Positions 1-12,011 of a stretch of 64,000 nucleotides of DNA are shown here, piece by piece. Within the stretch, counting starts at the first letter, position 1. Every line of letters starts with the position of its first letter. The stretch comes from Scenedesmus sp. PABB004 (Eukaryota), in the NCBI GenBank assembly GCA_014905635.1, contig JABVCE010000009.1, forward strand, positions 1,178,001 through 1,242,000. The letters run 5' to 3'. The notes below the pieces were generated by a model that had not been told where the DNA came from, did not search any database, and was given only the letters and a program-made list of their open reading frames with translations. Position numbers and translations under genes: made by a program.

Positions 1-1097
1 GCGCGTGCTGCGCGAGGCCGCGGCGCAGCCGGGCATGCGCGTCCCGCTGCTGCCGGCCGCGGACGCCGTGCAGGTGCGGCGCGCTGGGCGGGCAGGGGCG
101 CGGCGGCGGCCGCGCGGGCGGACCCGGGCCTCACGCGCCGCCTCCGGGGCGCCGCAGGTGACGCCGGACGGCGGCGGCATTGACATCGCGCCCGGCCCGG
201 GGCTGCACCTCGCGGCGCAGCTGCTGAGCGTGCGCGCCGCGGCGGGGCCCGGCGGGCGGCCGCTGCAGCTCGACGCGGTGCGGGTGCAGCTCGTGGGCGA
301 GCACCAGGCGGCCAACGTGCAGGCCGCGGTCGCGGCGGCGCTCGTGCTGGAGCAGCGGGGCTGGGCGCGCATCACCGCGGACGCCATCCGCGCGGGGCTG
401 GAGGCCGCGTGGCTCCCCGGGCGCTTCCAGGTCGTGCGGCCGCCGGGCAGCGCGGCGACGTACGTTCTCGACGGCGCGCACACCGCCGACTCGGCCGCCG
501 CGCTCGCGGCCACGCTGCGCGCCGCGTTCCCCGCGGCGCCGCTCGTGCTCGTGCTGGCAATGGCGGCGGACAAGCCGCACCGGTGGGCGCCGCCGCGCGC
601 GCGTGCCAGCCCGCGCGCTGCGCGGCGTGCGCGCCCCGCGCCGCCCACGCCGCCCCCATGCCACCGCCGCGCGGGCGCAGCGAGGTGTGCGAGGCGCTGC
701 GCGCCGCGCGGCCGTCGGTCGCGGTGTTCACCAGCGTGCCCATCGCCGGCAGCCACCACCGCGCCGCGCCGCCGGGTGCGCGCGCACCTGCGCGCGCGCC
801 GCGCCGCGCCTGCTACGCTCCCCTGCCGCGCCCCGCGCAAAAGCGGCAGCTCCGCTGACCGCCCGACGCCGCCCCCGCGCAGGCACGCTGGCCGCGCACT
901 GGCAGGCCGCCGCCATGCTGTCGCCGGGGCGGCCCTTCCGCTGCCGCGAGCTCATTCAGGCGGGGCTGGGCGCGGCGCTCGAAAAGGCGCGCCACGAGCT
1001 GCGCGCGCAGCACGGCGGCGCCGGCGTCGTGCTGGTCACCGGCTCGCTGCACGCCGTCGGCGGCGCGCTCGCGCTGCTGGAGCAGGGCTGGCAGTGA
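1..1097 (+). CDS. folC: Folylpolyglutamate/dihydrofolate synthase (FolC/FPGS family), 3' part; exons ~1-73, 158-582, 681-775, 883-1097
   Basis: Spliced translation has L(V)GEHQAANV, AWLPGRFQ, VLDGAHT and VLVTGSLHAVG (Mur-ligase C-terminal motifs of FolC); TGA at 1095-1097. Confidence 0.88.
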
Positions 1098-1491
1098 GCG
1101 GGCGCCGCGTCGCGCGCGCGGCGTTACCCGCGCGCGCCGTCGCTCAACTGCAATGATGGTGGCGGCCGGGCGGCGCGTGCGCGCACGGACGTCCGCCGGC
1201 CCTCGCGTGCACACGCCCCGCCGCACCGCCGCGGGGGGGCCCTCTGCACACAGTGCTCACGGGGCGCCGCCGGCGGAGAGGCTCCGCGCACGGCGCGCCC
1301 CCCGCGCCCTCCCCCGAAAGCGCTCCGACGCCGCACCGCCGCGTTTGTGCTCCCGGTCAGCGCAGCCCGCCCGCCGCCGCAACCGACAACTGCCGCTCGC
1401 AGCGCGCACAAGCTGTCGTCGCGGCGCCCGCGCGCCGCGCGCGGCTGCGCCCTGCGGCCGCGCGCCAGCGCCGGGGAGGGGTCGCCGCCGC

Positions 1492-2775
1492 TTAGTCGAA
1501 GGCCCACTGGTTCTCGCGGCGCACCTCCTCCTCCTCCTCGGGCGTGAAGTCGTTCTGCACGGGACGCGGTCGTGCGCCGGCGGTCGGGGGGAGCGCGCCG
1601 CGTGCTGCGTGCTGCGCGCGCCGCGTGCTGCGTGCTGCGCGCGCCGCGTGCTGCGCGCCGCTGCGCCGCGCCGCTGAAACGCTGGACCGCCGCGCCGCGC
1701 CGCACCTTGATGTTGAACGTCTTGCGGATCTCCTCGGGCGTCTTGCCTGCGCAGCGCCCGCGGCGCGGAGCAGTCGCGGTCAGCGGGGCGCGCTGCCGAG
1801 CGCGCGCGATCGGCGCGGACGCCCGCCCCGTGCGACCCGCACTGCTGCAGCACGCCGTCGTTCCTCGCGCCCGCCGCCCGCCGCCGCCGCCCTGCTGCTG
1901 CTCCCCGCGCCGCCGCCCGCCCGCTGCTGCGCCCGCCCGCCCGCTGCTGCGCCCGCCCGCCCGCCCGCAGCTGCGCCTGCCGCTGCGCGCCGCACCCTTG
2001 ATCATGTTGGCCACCGTCTGGCAGGTGAGGTCCAGCAGGCCCTTGATGTTGAGGTAGTTGGCCGCCTGGGCCCCGCGGCGGCGCGGCGGCACGGCGCGCG
2101 TCGGCGCGCGTGCGTGCGGCAGCAGCAGCGGCGGCGCGCGTGCGCGCGCCGCGGCCCATGCGCGCGCGCGGCCGCGCCGCCCGCGGCGCCGGCGGGTCGC
2201 CCTGGAGGGCGGCTCTGCCTGGCCGGGCGGCGGGCGGCGGCGCGGCGGCGGCGGCGCGGCGCGCGGCGCTGCGCACCAGGATGAGGTCGAACAGCGTCGC
2301 CTGGTCCACCTTGACGAACTCGGTGTCCCACTGCTTGATGTCGTCCTCGCTCTTGGCGGGCTTATCGTCCACCTTCTTGGCGGCCTCGACGTGGAACTTG
2401 CAGTACTCGATGACCTTGGCCAGGATCTTGCCCGGCACGTTGGGCAGCGGGATGATGTCCTCCGTGCCCGTGTCTGCGCGGGAGCGCGTCAGGACGGCCC
2501 ACGTCGCGGCGGCGCGCCTGGGCGCGGGCGCCCGGGCGGGCGGGGGCGCGGGCCGCGACAGCAGGATGCCCCACGGCGCGCACCCTCGATCATGTTCTTC
2601 ACTGTTTGCGACTCGTTGGCAATCTCCTCGTCCACCTCGAACGTCTGGTTGTCGGAGCTGGTGAGCTTGACCTGCGGGCGCGCGGGGCGGGCGCCTCGCG
2701 CCAGCCGAGGGCGCGCCGCGCCCGTCGCCGCCCACGGCGCGCGCCGCGGGCCCGGCGCGTCCCCACCTTCGCCAT
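1492..2775 (-). CDS. SKP1: SKP1/ASK1, SCF ubiquitin ligase adaptor (6 exons)
   Basis: [16 protein letters not shown]...[18 protein letters not shown]...[61 protein letters not shown] introns. Confidence 0.97.
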
Positions 2776-3193
2776 GGCGCCTCCCCGTCCGCGGAGCGGG
2801 CGCCGCCTGCTGGCGAGAGGGCTGCCTCCCCTCAGGCGCGCGCCAAGCGTGCCGCGGCGGGGTGGGGCGGGCGCTAGGCAGGCCGGCGAGGCGCGAGGGC
2901 GGGGCTCTCACGGAGACGGCTGACGGGGAAGGCCCTCTCGGCAAAGACGGGCGCGGGGCGCGCTCATGAGGGGCAGCAGCAGGGCACAGGGCGTCCGCTG
3001 CGACGCGCCGCCGCGTGCGGCCGCGCCGCCGCCTGGGCCGCCGCCAGCCGGGCGCCCCGTAGCACAGAGCGGCCGCGGCGGCGGCGGCGGCGGCGCGGCG
3101 CGGCGTGGTGGTGCGGCAGCGCGCTGCTGTGCCGAGCGCGCACCGCGCTGCGGCGGCGCGCTCGGCGGTGGCCGCGCCGCGCGCGGCCACCGG

Positions 3194-3360
3194 CGCACCG
3201 ACGTGCCCACCGCTGCCCAGGAGCAGCAGGTAGGCCAGCCAGGCCGCCAGCGGCCACGCTGGGGCGGCGCGCCGAGGCGCACGCGCCGTCCCCCGTTGCG
3301 TGCACTCTCAGGCGCTCCCGCCGGTGGCGCGCCCGACAGGTCGATGCATGCGGTTCAGGG
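3194..3360 (-). pseudogene. Diverged duplicate of the 5' leader and signal-peptide exon of the HRGP gene (14779-14942); ATG replaced by ACG
   Basis: Reverse complement aligns to 14779-14942: AACCGCATGCATCGACCTGTCGGGCGC ... TGGCTGGCCT ... CTGCTGCTCCTGGGC ... GGGCACGTCG|GTGCG. Confidence 0.75.
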
Positions 3361-3512
3361 TTACCCATAGCGCTACAACGTCAGTGTGCCAAATGCAACG
3401 CGGCAACGCTCGAAACGTGTGCTGGCCCGGCGCGGAGCTCGCGCAGCGGGCGCTGCACGCACGCCCACGCGCGCGGCCGGGGCCGCCGCGGCGCCCGCGG
3501 CCGCCGGCGAGG

Positions 3513-4899
3513 TCAGGCGCTGCCGCCGCTGCTGCCGCCGGCCGCGGCAGCGCCCAGGCGCGCGGCGAACGCCGCCGCGCCCATGACCTGCAGCGGCTCC
3601 AGGCCGCCGCGCGGCGGCGGCGCCGCGCGCGCGGCGCCCCGCGGCGCGCCGCCGCCGCGTGGCGTGTCAAAGAGCCCCAGCACGAGCGTCACCGGGCTGG
3701 CGGCCTCCAGCGGCCCCGCCACGAGCCCGCCGACCACGCCGCCCGCGTCCGAGGCGAGGCTGGCCGACAGGAACGCGTCCTGCGCGCCGGCGCCGCCCGC
3801 GCCGTCCTGCGCGCGGGTGCGGGCGCGGCGCGGCTGAGCGCCCGCGCAGCCGGCGGGGCAGCGCGGCGGGGCAGCGCGGTGGCGCGAGCGCGCGCGCCCC
3901 GACCTGCAGCAGCGCGCCAGAGAGGCCGAGCACGGTGAAGGTGCCCGTCAGCGTCACGCGTGCGCTCTGCAACGCCACGGCACGGCGCGGTGCGGCGCGG
4001 TGCGTGGCGCGCGCGCGCCGCGGGACGCCCCAGCCGCCGGAGGCCGCGGCCCGCCGTGGCGCCGCACCTGCGTGCTGCCCCTGCCCAGCTGGACCAGCGT
4101 CGCAGCGCGCAGCGTGCCCGTCGCAGCGAGCACGACGACCGAGCGCCGCTGCGACCTGGCCAGCTGCACCAGCTTGGAGTGCACGTCCTGCGGCGGCGAC
4201 GTATGTCGGCGGCGGCGGCGGCGCCGCACCCCACGCGCGCGCGTGTGCGCGCTTGCGCACCTCGCCCGCCTCGGCAGTCAGCACGAGCGGCTGCAGGCCC
4301 GCCGCGCCCGCCGCGCCCGCCGCGCCCGCGCTGCGCGCCGCGGTCGCCGCGGCCGCCGCGCCCGCCGCGCGCGCCGCGCCCGCGCTGCGCGGCGCGCCCG
4401 CCGCGCCCGGGTGCGCCGCGCCCGCCGCTGCCGCCGCTGCCGCCGCCGCCTCGCGCGCGATCGTGGTGCGGTTCTTGCTCCCCTTGGGGCGGCCGCGGCG
4501 CTTGGGCGTCGCCGCTGGCGCCGTGCCCGCCTCCGCCGGCGCGGGCGGCGGGGGACCCGCGGCGGCGCCCGCCGTGCGCGGCTGCTTCGGCGGCCGGCCG
4601 CGGCCGCGCTTGACCGGCGGCGCCGCCGCCGGCGCGTCCGCGGGCGCCGGCGCCGCCTCCGCGGGCGCGGCCGCGGGCTGCTGCTTCTTGGGCCGCCCGC
4701 GGCCGCGCTTGGCGGGCGGCGCGTCGGCGGGCGGCGCCCCTGCCTCCGCCACGACAGGCGGAGCCGCAGCCGCCGGTAGCGGGTGCTTCCGGGGCCGGCC
4801 GGGGCCGCGCTTGGGCGGCGCCGCGGCGTCGGTTGCACCGGTGCCGCCCGTCGCAGGCGCGGCCGTGGCCGCGGCCTCGCCCGTGACGCGCCGCTTCAT
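3513..4899 (-). CDS. AT-hook + PPC/DUF296 protein (AHL-like), 4 exons
   Basis: Four AT-hooks (KRGPGRPRKH, KRGRGRPKK, KRGRGRPPK, KRRGRPKGSKN), then a PPC domain: LQPLVLTAEAGE|DV...VLAATGTL...GTFTVLGLSG...GGVVGGLVAGPLEAASPV. Confidence 0.85.
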
Positions 4900-5760
4900 G
4901 GCCGCCCGGGGGTATGTGAGCGTGCCGGGCTGCAGCGCCGCGGCGGCCACCGGGCGGCGCGGCGCCGCGCCCACGGCGCCGCGCTGCTGTTTGCGCCGGC
5001 GCGTGGCGGCGAGGCGGTGTCGAGGCGGCGGCGGTGGCGTGCGGGGGAGCCGACGGGGCGAGGGACAAGCGAAGGAGCGAGCCCGTGACGAGGCTGCTGA
5101 GCGGCTCAGCCTGAGCCTCCGCGACGAGACCGGTCGTCGAGCACCCCGCGGCGGGGCCCTCACGCACTCGCGCGTTCCTCGATCGCGTGTCCGCGCGCAG
5201 CCGTGTCGCGCCGCGCGCCTCCGCCAGCCGCTGAGCGGCGCCTCGCCAAAAGGCGACTTCGCGCGCAGTGCTGTGGCGCCCTCCGCGCGCGTCGCTGGAG
5301 CCCTGCGGGGCGAGAGGTGCGTGGGGCTGGACGATACAGGCGCTGAGCGGCTCGCGCGCGCCTCGCCCGCCTCAGCAGCGCGCGGGGGGCCGCCATCAAC
5401 CCGCGTGCTGCTTGCAGGGCCGTGCCAACAGGCGCCCCCGCCACCGCGCCCCGTAGCGCTGTGACGCCGCCAAGGACGACGCGCCTTTCGGACGCGGAGC
5501 GCACCGATCGGGCCCGCCGGCGCGAGGTGCGGCGGCGCAGCAGCGGCGGCGCCCGCGCCCACAGCCTGTGGCCGCCCCCGGCCCCTCGCCGCGCCGCGGT
5601 GGGCGCGCCCGGCGCGGGCCGGCGACGGGCGACGGGCAGCGCGATGAGCGGGCCCGGCCGCAGCGCGCCGCCGCCGGCCGCAGCGGCGCCGGTCGCCGAC
5701 GCGCCGCGCGAGCGCCCCGTCCGCCCCGCCCGCCCGCGCCCCGTCCCGCCAGGCGGCGCG

Positions 5761-8700
5761 ATGGCCATCAAGGGCGGCCAGGACGGCGCGATACGCTATG
5801 AGCTCGCGGACGGCGCGAGCGACGGCGAGGCGCTGCTGCACGCGTGGCTGCCGCCGCCGCTCACGGCCAAGTGCGCGGCGGGCGCGGCGGCGCGCGCCCG
5901 CTGCCGGCCCGCGCGCGGCCCCGCCCACGCGCGGCCCCGCCCACGCGCGCGCGCGCGCCCCACCGCGCAGGGATGTGGAGCTGAGCTACGAGGTCGAGGG
6001 CCTGGACAGCGGCTGCATCGCGATCCACTTTGACGGCCCCGCCGGCAAGCTCGGCCGCGTCGAGCTCGAGGGTGCGCGCAGCTGACCCCGCGGGCGCGCG
6101 GGGCGCGCGCAGCCGCCCCCGCGGGCGCGCGGCCCCGGCGGGCGCCGCCGCCGCGAGCGCGCCCGCGCGCGCGGGCCCGCCCCACGCGCCCTCCGCCCCG
6201 CGCCGGCCGCAGGCTTTGCGTTTCCGGAGCAGATTGCCGCCAAGTGGAGCAAAAAGCAGGGCCGCTACACGTTCAGGTGCGGCGGCGGCGCGGCCGCCGC
6301 GAACCACAGGCGTGCGCCCGCGCGCCGGGTCCGGCCTGAGCCGCCGCCGCCGCCGCCGCCGGCGCCGCAGGCTCCTGCGCACGGGCGGGCAGGACAGCGA
6401 CCGCGACTCGGGCGGCGAGCAGGACGTGGCCGTGCGCGAGCACTTCAGCGACGCCGCCAGCAGCCGTGAGGCGCCTGCGGCGCGCCGCGCGGCGCGCGGC
6501 ACAGCCAGGCGTGCCGCGCAGCGCCCCGCCCGGCGCTCACGCCGCCGGCGCCCGCGCCGCCGGCACCGCGCAGGCGCGGCGTCCCCGGCCGTCGACGCGC
6601 CCGACGCGGGCGCGGCCGCCGACCAGGGCGCGCCCGACAGCGACGACGGCGACGACGGCGGCGAGGGCGAGGGCGAGGGCGAGGGCGGCGAGGGCAAGAA
6701 GAAGAAGCGGCGGGGCGCCAAGAAAAAGAAAAAGAAGAAGGGCAAGGCCAGCGAGGAGGCGGGGCAGGGCGGCGACGGGGCGGGCGTCGCCGAGGCGGGC
6801 GCGGCGCCCGCGGCGGCGACCGCGGCGGCGCCCGCGGCGCCCGCGGCACCGGCAGAGGAGGACGATGAGGAGTTTGTGGACGCGATCAGCGACGGCGACG
6901 ACCCGCCGCCGCTGGCGGCGCCTCCGCCCGCGCCGCCCGCCGCGAAGCTGGCGCCGGCGGCCGCCAAGGCGGCGCCGCCGCCCGCGGCCAGCCCCCGCGG
7001 CGGCGGCGGCCGCGCGGCGCCGCTCGTGTTTGACAGCGTGAACTACGCCGCGCACTTTGCCGACGCGCCGGTCGCGGGCGACACGGAGCTGCCGGCACCC
7101 GGCGGCGAGCCGCTCGCGGCGCCGGGCAGCCTGCTGCAGGGCCCCGCCGTCGCGTCGTGCCTGGACCGACACGAGGTCAAGGGCGAGGACAAGGGCCTCA
7201 ACCTGCGCGGCGGCGCGTGGACGCCCGCGGGCGGGCGCGGTGAGGCGCCGCGCCGCGCGCGCTGCGCGCACGCCCGCGCGCGCCGTGCCGCGCCGTCGAC
7301 GCCCGCTGCGCCGCGCCGCGCCGCGCGCGCGCCGACGTCCGTGTCGCCGCCGCCGGCGCAGTCGCGGCGCCGTTCTCTGCGTTTGGCATCTTCGACGGCC
7401 ACGGCGGCAAGCCGGCCGCGACGTTTGCGAGCAAGGAACTGCTGCCGACGGTCATGCGCCTCGTGGACCGCTGCCCCGAGGGCCAGCCCGCGCCGGCGGG
7501 GCCGCCCGGCCGGCAGGGCTCGACCGCGGGGGCCGCCAGCGGCGCCGCCGAGCCCGACGACTGGCAGACCTGGGGCGTCGAGCCGAGCGACGACGACCGC
7601 GCCGTGTGGGCGGCGCAGGAGGCGCTCGCGGAGCGCCTGCCCAAGGTGCGCCGCCGCCGCCGCCGGAGCGCGCGCGGGGGCCCCGCCGCCACCCGCGCCG
7701 CCCCCGCGCGCCGCTTGCGCGCGCGCCGACGCGCGCGTGCTGCCCGCCGGCGCGCGCGCGCTGCCCGCCCCGCGCCAACGCTGCCCGCCCCGCGCGGCGC
7801 AGGCGCTCTTTGCGGGCTTCCTGGAGGCGGACAAGACGTGCCGCGCGCGGCACCGCGTCAGCGGCACCACCGCGACGCTCGCGGTCGTTGTGGGCTGGGA
7901 GCTGTTCGTGGTGCGGCGGCGCGCGCCGCGCCGCGCCGAGGAGAGCTCCGCGCACGCGCACGCATACGCGCGCGCGCGCGCGCGCGCCGCCGCGCCCGAC
8001 GCCCCGCCGCCCCCGCCGCGCCGCGCAGGCCAACGTGGGCGACAGCGCCGCGTTCCTGGACACGGGGCGCGAGGTGCTTGCCCTCAGCGGCAACCACCGC
8101 ATCGACGACAACGCGTCCGAGCGCGCGCGCATCCTCGCCGCCGGCGGTGCGCGCGCCCGCCGCCGCAGCGGCCGCGGCGCGCAGCGCCGCGCCGTGCCGC
8201 GCCGTGCTGACGCTCGCGCTGCGTTGCGCCGCCCCGTGCCGCCGGGCGGGCAGGCGAGATTGCCAAGTCGACCGCCGACGGCAAGCCGGTCGGCCCCGAC
8301 CGCGTGTGGCCGGGCGGGCTGGCGATGTCGCGCAGCATCGGCGACCCCCAGGCGCCGCAGGCGCGCCGCGGCTGCGCGCGCGCGGCGGCTGCGCGCGCGC
8401 GGCGCGCGCGCCGGCGCCTGCCGCTCGCCGCCTCGCGCCAGCCCCGCGACCGCGCGCGCGCAGGTGATCGCGGTGCCTGAGGTGCGGCACGTCACGCTGC
8501 CCACGACGGGCGGGCGGCTCGTCATCGCCTCGGACGGCGTGTGGGACCACATGCAGCCGCGCGCGATGATCCACCAGGCGCGCCGCCCCGCCGCACGCGC
8601 GCTGGCCGCCGCCGCTGCCGCCGCCGCCGCCGCTACTGCGCCGGGCCGGGCCGCCCACGCCGGCCGGGCCCTCCCCTCCCGCCGCCCCCAGGTGCGCAAC

Positions 8701-10772
8701 GACTCGACCGAGGCCGCGGCCAAGCGGCTGAGCTACGCGGCGCTCAAGAAGAAGGGCCTGCGCGACGACGTGAGCGTGCTGGTCGTCGACCTCACGCCCC
8801 TCCCCGGCGACCCGCGCCCGCCCGCGCTGCTCCCCGGCGCGGCGCGCGACGCGGCCGAGGCGGTGCAGGTGCTGCGCCCGCTGCAGGAGGTGGAGGTCGC
8901 GGGGCCGGGCGGCTCGGCCGGCGGCGCCGACAGCGGCGGCGTGACGGGCGTCGCGGCGGGCGCGGACGGGCACTGGCGCGACGCGGCCGCGGCGCGCCGC
9001 GCCGCCGCGCTCGCGCTCCTGCGCGGCCGGGCGCGCGCGGCGGCCGAGGCGGCCGCCGCCGAGGCGGCGCGGCTCGCGGAGCTGCAGCGCGCCGCGGCCG
9101 CCGCCGCGGCGGGGGAGGGACAGAGCGACACCTATCGCGAGCTGGCGGGGCTGGTGGTCGACACGAGCGCGCTGCTGGCCGAGGTCGCGCAGGCCGCGGG
9201 CGGCGCCGACGGCGGCGCGCCGCCGCCCGGCGCCGGCGCCGAGGGCGAGGGCTGGACGACCGTGGGCGGCGGCGGCGAGCCCGGCGGCTACGTGCCGTTT
9301 GAGGCGCAGCTCCGCGCTGCCGCCGCGCCGCGCGGCGGCCGCCAGCCGGGCGGCCGCGGAGCGGGCGGGCGCGGCGCGCCTGGCCGCGGCACGCCCGGCG
9401 ACGGCGCGGCGGCGGGCGAGCAGCTGCAGCCGGGCGGCGGCCGCGGGCGTGGCCGCGGCCGCGGCGGCCGTGGCGAGGGCCGTGGCGAGGGCCGCGGCGA
9501 GGGCCGCGGCGAGGGCCGCGGCGGGCGCGGGCTGCGCGAGGAGTGGCGCCCGCGCGCGCCTCAGCCGTGCGAGGCGGGCGGCGCCGACGCGGCCGCGCCC
9601 GCCCGCGCGCCGGAGCCGCAGCAGGAGGAGCAGCCGGGCGCCGACCAGCCGGCCGGCGAGGGGGCTGGCCGGGGTGGCCGTGGCGCGCGTGGCCGCGGGC
9701 CGCGCGGCGGCGCCTTTGTCGCCCGCGGCGGCGGCCGCGGCGGGCGCGGCAGCGAGGGCTTCGGCGAGCGTCGCCCCGCGGTGAGGCAGGAGTGGGTGGT
9801 CAAGGGCCAGGCCGCAGAGCAGCAGCCACAGCAGCAGCAGCAGCAGCAGCTGCCCCCGGAGCCGCAGCAGGGCGCGAGCGCGGCGCCCGCGCACCAGGAG
9901 CAGGGCGCCGCGCCGGGCGACGCCGGGCGCGGGCGCGGGCGCGGCGGGGGGCCCGGGGCGGCCGCGCCGGCCGGGGCAGGGGCCCCGCCGGCGCCGGCGT
10001 TGGCGACCACGTTGACGCGGCGGCCGGCGCCGACGCGGCGGCCGGCGCCGGCGCCGACCAGGCGCCCGCGCGGCAGCAGTACCAGCAGCGCGCGCCACGG
10101 CCGCAGCGCAGCGACGCCGGCGGGGGCGCGCCCGACGCCGGCGGCGCCGCCGCCGCCGCGTCGAGCGCCGCCGACGCGGCGCTGTCCAAGCTCAAGCAGC
10201 CCGCCGCGCCGCCGGTGCGCGTCGTGCCGCGCCCGGGCAAGGCGTCGCCGCCCGCGGCCAACGGCGGCGCCGCGCCCGCGGCCGTGGCCGCCGCCGGCGG
10301 CGACGACTTTGGGAGCGGCTTCGGCGGCGGCGGCGACTTTGGCGCCCGCCCCGCGCCCGGCCCGGGCCGCGGCGGTCGGGCCGGCGGCTACAGCGGCCGG
10401 GGCGGCTACGGCGGCAGCGACGGCGGCGGCTACGGAGGCGGCCGGGGCAGCTACGGCGGCAGCGACGGCGGCGGCTACGGCCGGGGCGGCTACGGCGGCG
10501 ATGGCGGCGGCAGCCGCGGTGGCTACGGCGCCGGCGGCGGCGGCGGCGGCTACGGCAGCCGCGGGAGCTACGGCGGGGGCCGGGGTGGCTACGCCGGCCG
10601 CGACGGCGGCGGCCGGGGCGGCTACGGCGGGCACGCCGGCGGCGACGGCCACGGCGGCGGCCGGGGCTTCGGCGGCGACCGCGGGCGCGGCTACGGCGGG
10701 CGCGACGGCGGCGGCTACCGAGGGCGCGGACGCGGCGGCGGCCGCGGGGGCGAGGCCGGCGCAGCGGAGTAG
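5761..10772 (+). CDS. PP2C (PPM) phosphatase with N-terminal CS/p23-like region and long C-terminal RGG/YG low-complexity tail; apparent frameshift near 9946-9951
   Basis: PP2C motifs KGEDK, FGIFDGHGG, SGTTAT, ANVGDS, GGLAMSRSIGD, VIASDGVWD, GLRDDVSVLVVD; continuous spliced frame from ATG 5761; RGG tail ends at TAG 10770-10772. Confidence 0.85.
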
Positions 10773-11006
10773 GCAGGAGGCGCGGCAGCAGGCGGCGCGT
10801 GTGCAACAAGCGCAGGGGGCGCGGCCGTCGAGCGTTTTTTGGCGGGGGGGACTCCTCGGACGCGGGCGCGCGGCGGGGCGGGACGCTCTGCTCCTCGGGC
10901 GTGCGCTCGGGTGACTGCAGCATTGCAAGCGACTACTACGCGCCAGGGCCGCCGCCACGATGCCCCCCCTCAGCGCCCACGCCCCCCCAGCGGCTTCAGC
11001 GGCGCC

Positions 11007-11303
11007 TCAGCTGCCCTCCTGCATCGCCTGCTTCTCCTGCGCCAGCGTGCGCACCAGCTGCCGCTCCTGCTGCCGCTCGATGTAGCTGCGCGGCGCGGCG
11101 CAGCGGCGCGTCGGCGGCGGCAGCGCCCGAGCAGCAGCAGCAGCAGCGGCGGCGGCGGCCGCGCTGCGCAGCGCCGCCGGCGCCCTCCGGTCCTCTCACC
11201 GCTGGTTGTACCAGTCGGCCATGCTGTCCAGGTGGCGCATGACCACGAAGTAGAAGGCCGCAGTTCCCACAAACATCTTCAGCGCGCCGCGCGTCGCCGA
11301 CAT
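11007..11303 (-). CDS. 60-aa single-pass membrane microprotein (exons 11303-11200 and 11085-11007)
   Basis: MSATRGALKMFVGTAAFYFVVMRHLDSMADWYNQR|YIERQQERQLVRTLAQEKQAMQEGS*; GTGAG...CAG intron, coding-like codon usage. Confidence 0.72.
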
Positions 11304-12011
11304 CCCGCCGCCGCCGCTGCTGTCGCTCGGGCGCTGCCGCCGCCCGCTGCGCGGGGAGAGGTGGGGGCGCCCCAATTGCGGGAGAGGAGCGCCTGCGGCC
11401 GCTGCTCCCGGGCTCGGCCAGCAGAGGAGGGCGCTCTGAGATCCCGGCGCGGCGCTGCTGCACGCAAGAGAGGGTGCGAGGGAGCGTCGGGTGCTGGGCG
11501 TGGCGTGTGGGGGGCCGGGGCGGTGCGGGGAGCAGAAGCGCTGGGAGCGGCAGCGGCGGCAGGGCAGGGCTCAAAGCGCTCCGACGCGGCCGGCGAGCAC
11601 GCCACGCGAGCGGCGCGGCCACCGCCCGTCCCCCGCAGATCGCACCGCGCCCGGCGATCACCCGCACTCCAGCTAAGGGCCCCCCCGCAGCCGCGCGCCA
11701 GCGCCGAGCGTGTACGTCTGCACCGCTCGCCGCGCCGCCCGGCGCCGCCGCCGCCGCACGCGCCAGCGCCCGTTTGCTGCGTCGCCTGGCCGAGCGCCAG
11801 CCTCGCTCCCCGCCCTCTGGCAGCAGCAGCGCGATGCTGCTGCGCCCGTGGCGCCGGCCTCGCCCCTCGTAGCGGTGCGCACCGGGGGCCGCGCGCGCTC
11901 GGCTGGGGCGCGCATGGGGCGGGAGCGCGGGCTGGACGCGCCGGCAGCGCGCCGAATTCAGCGCCGCGCCCGCCGCCGGCCCGCCGCTGCAGGCGCCGGC
12001 GCAGCAGCCGC

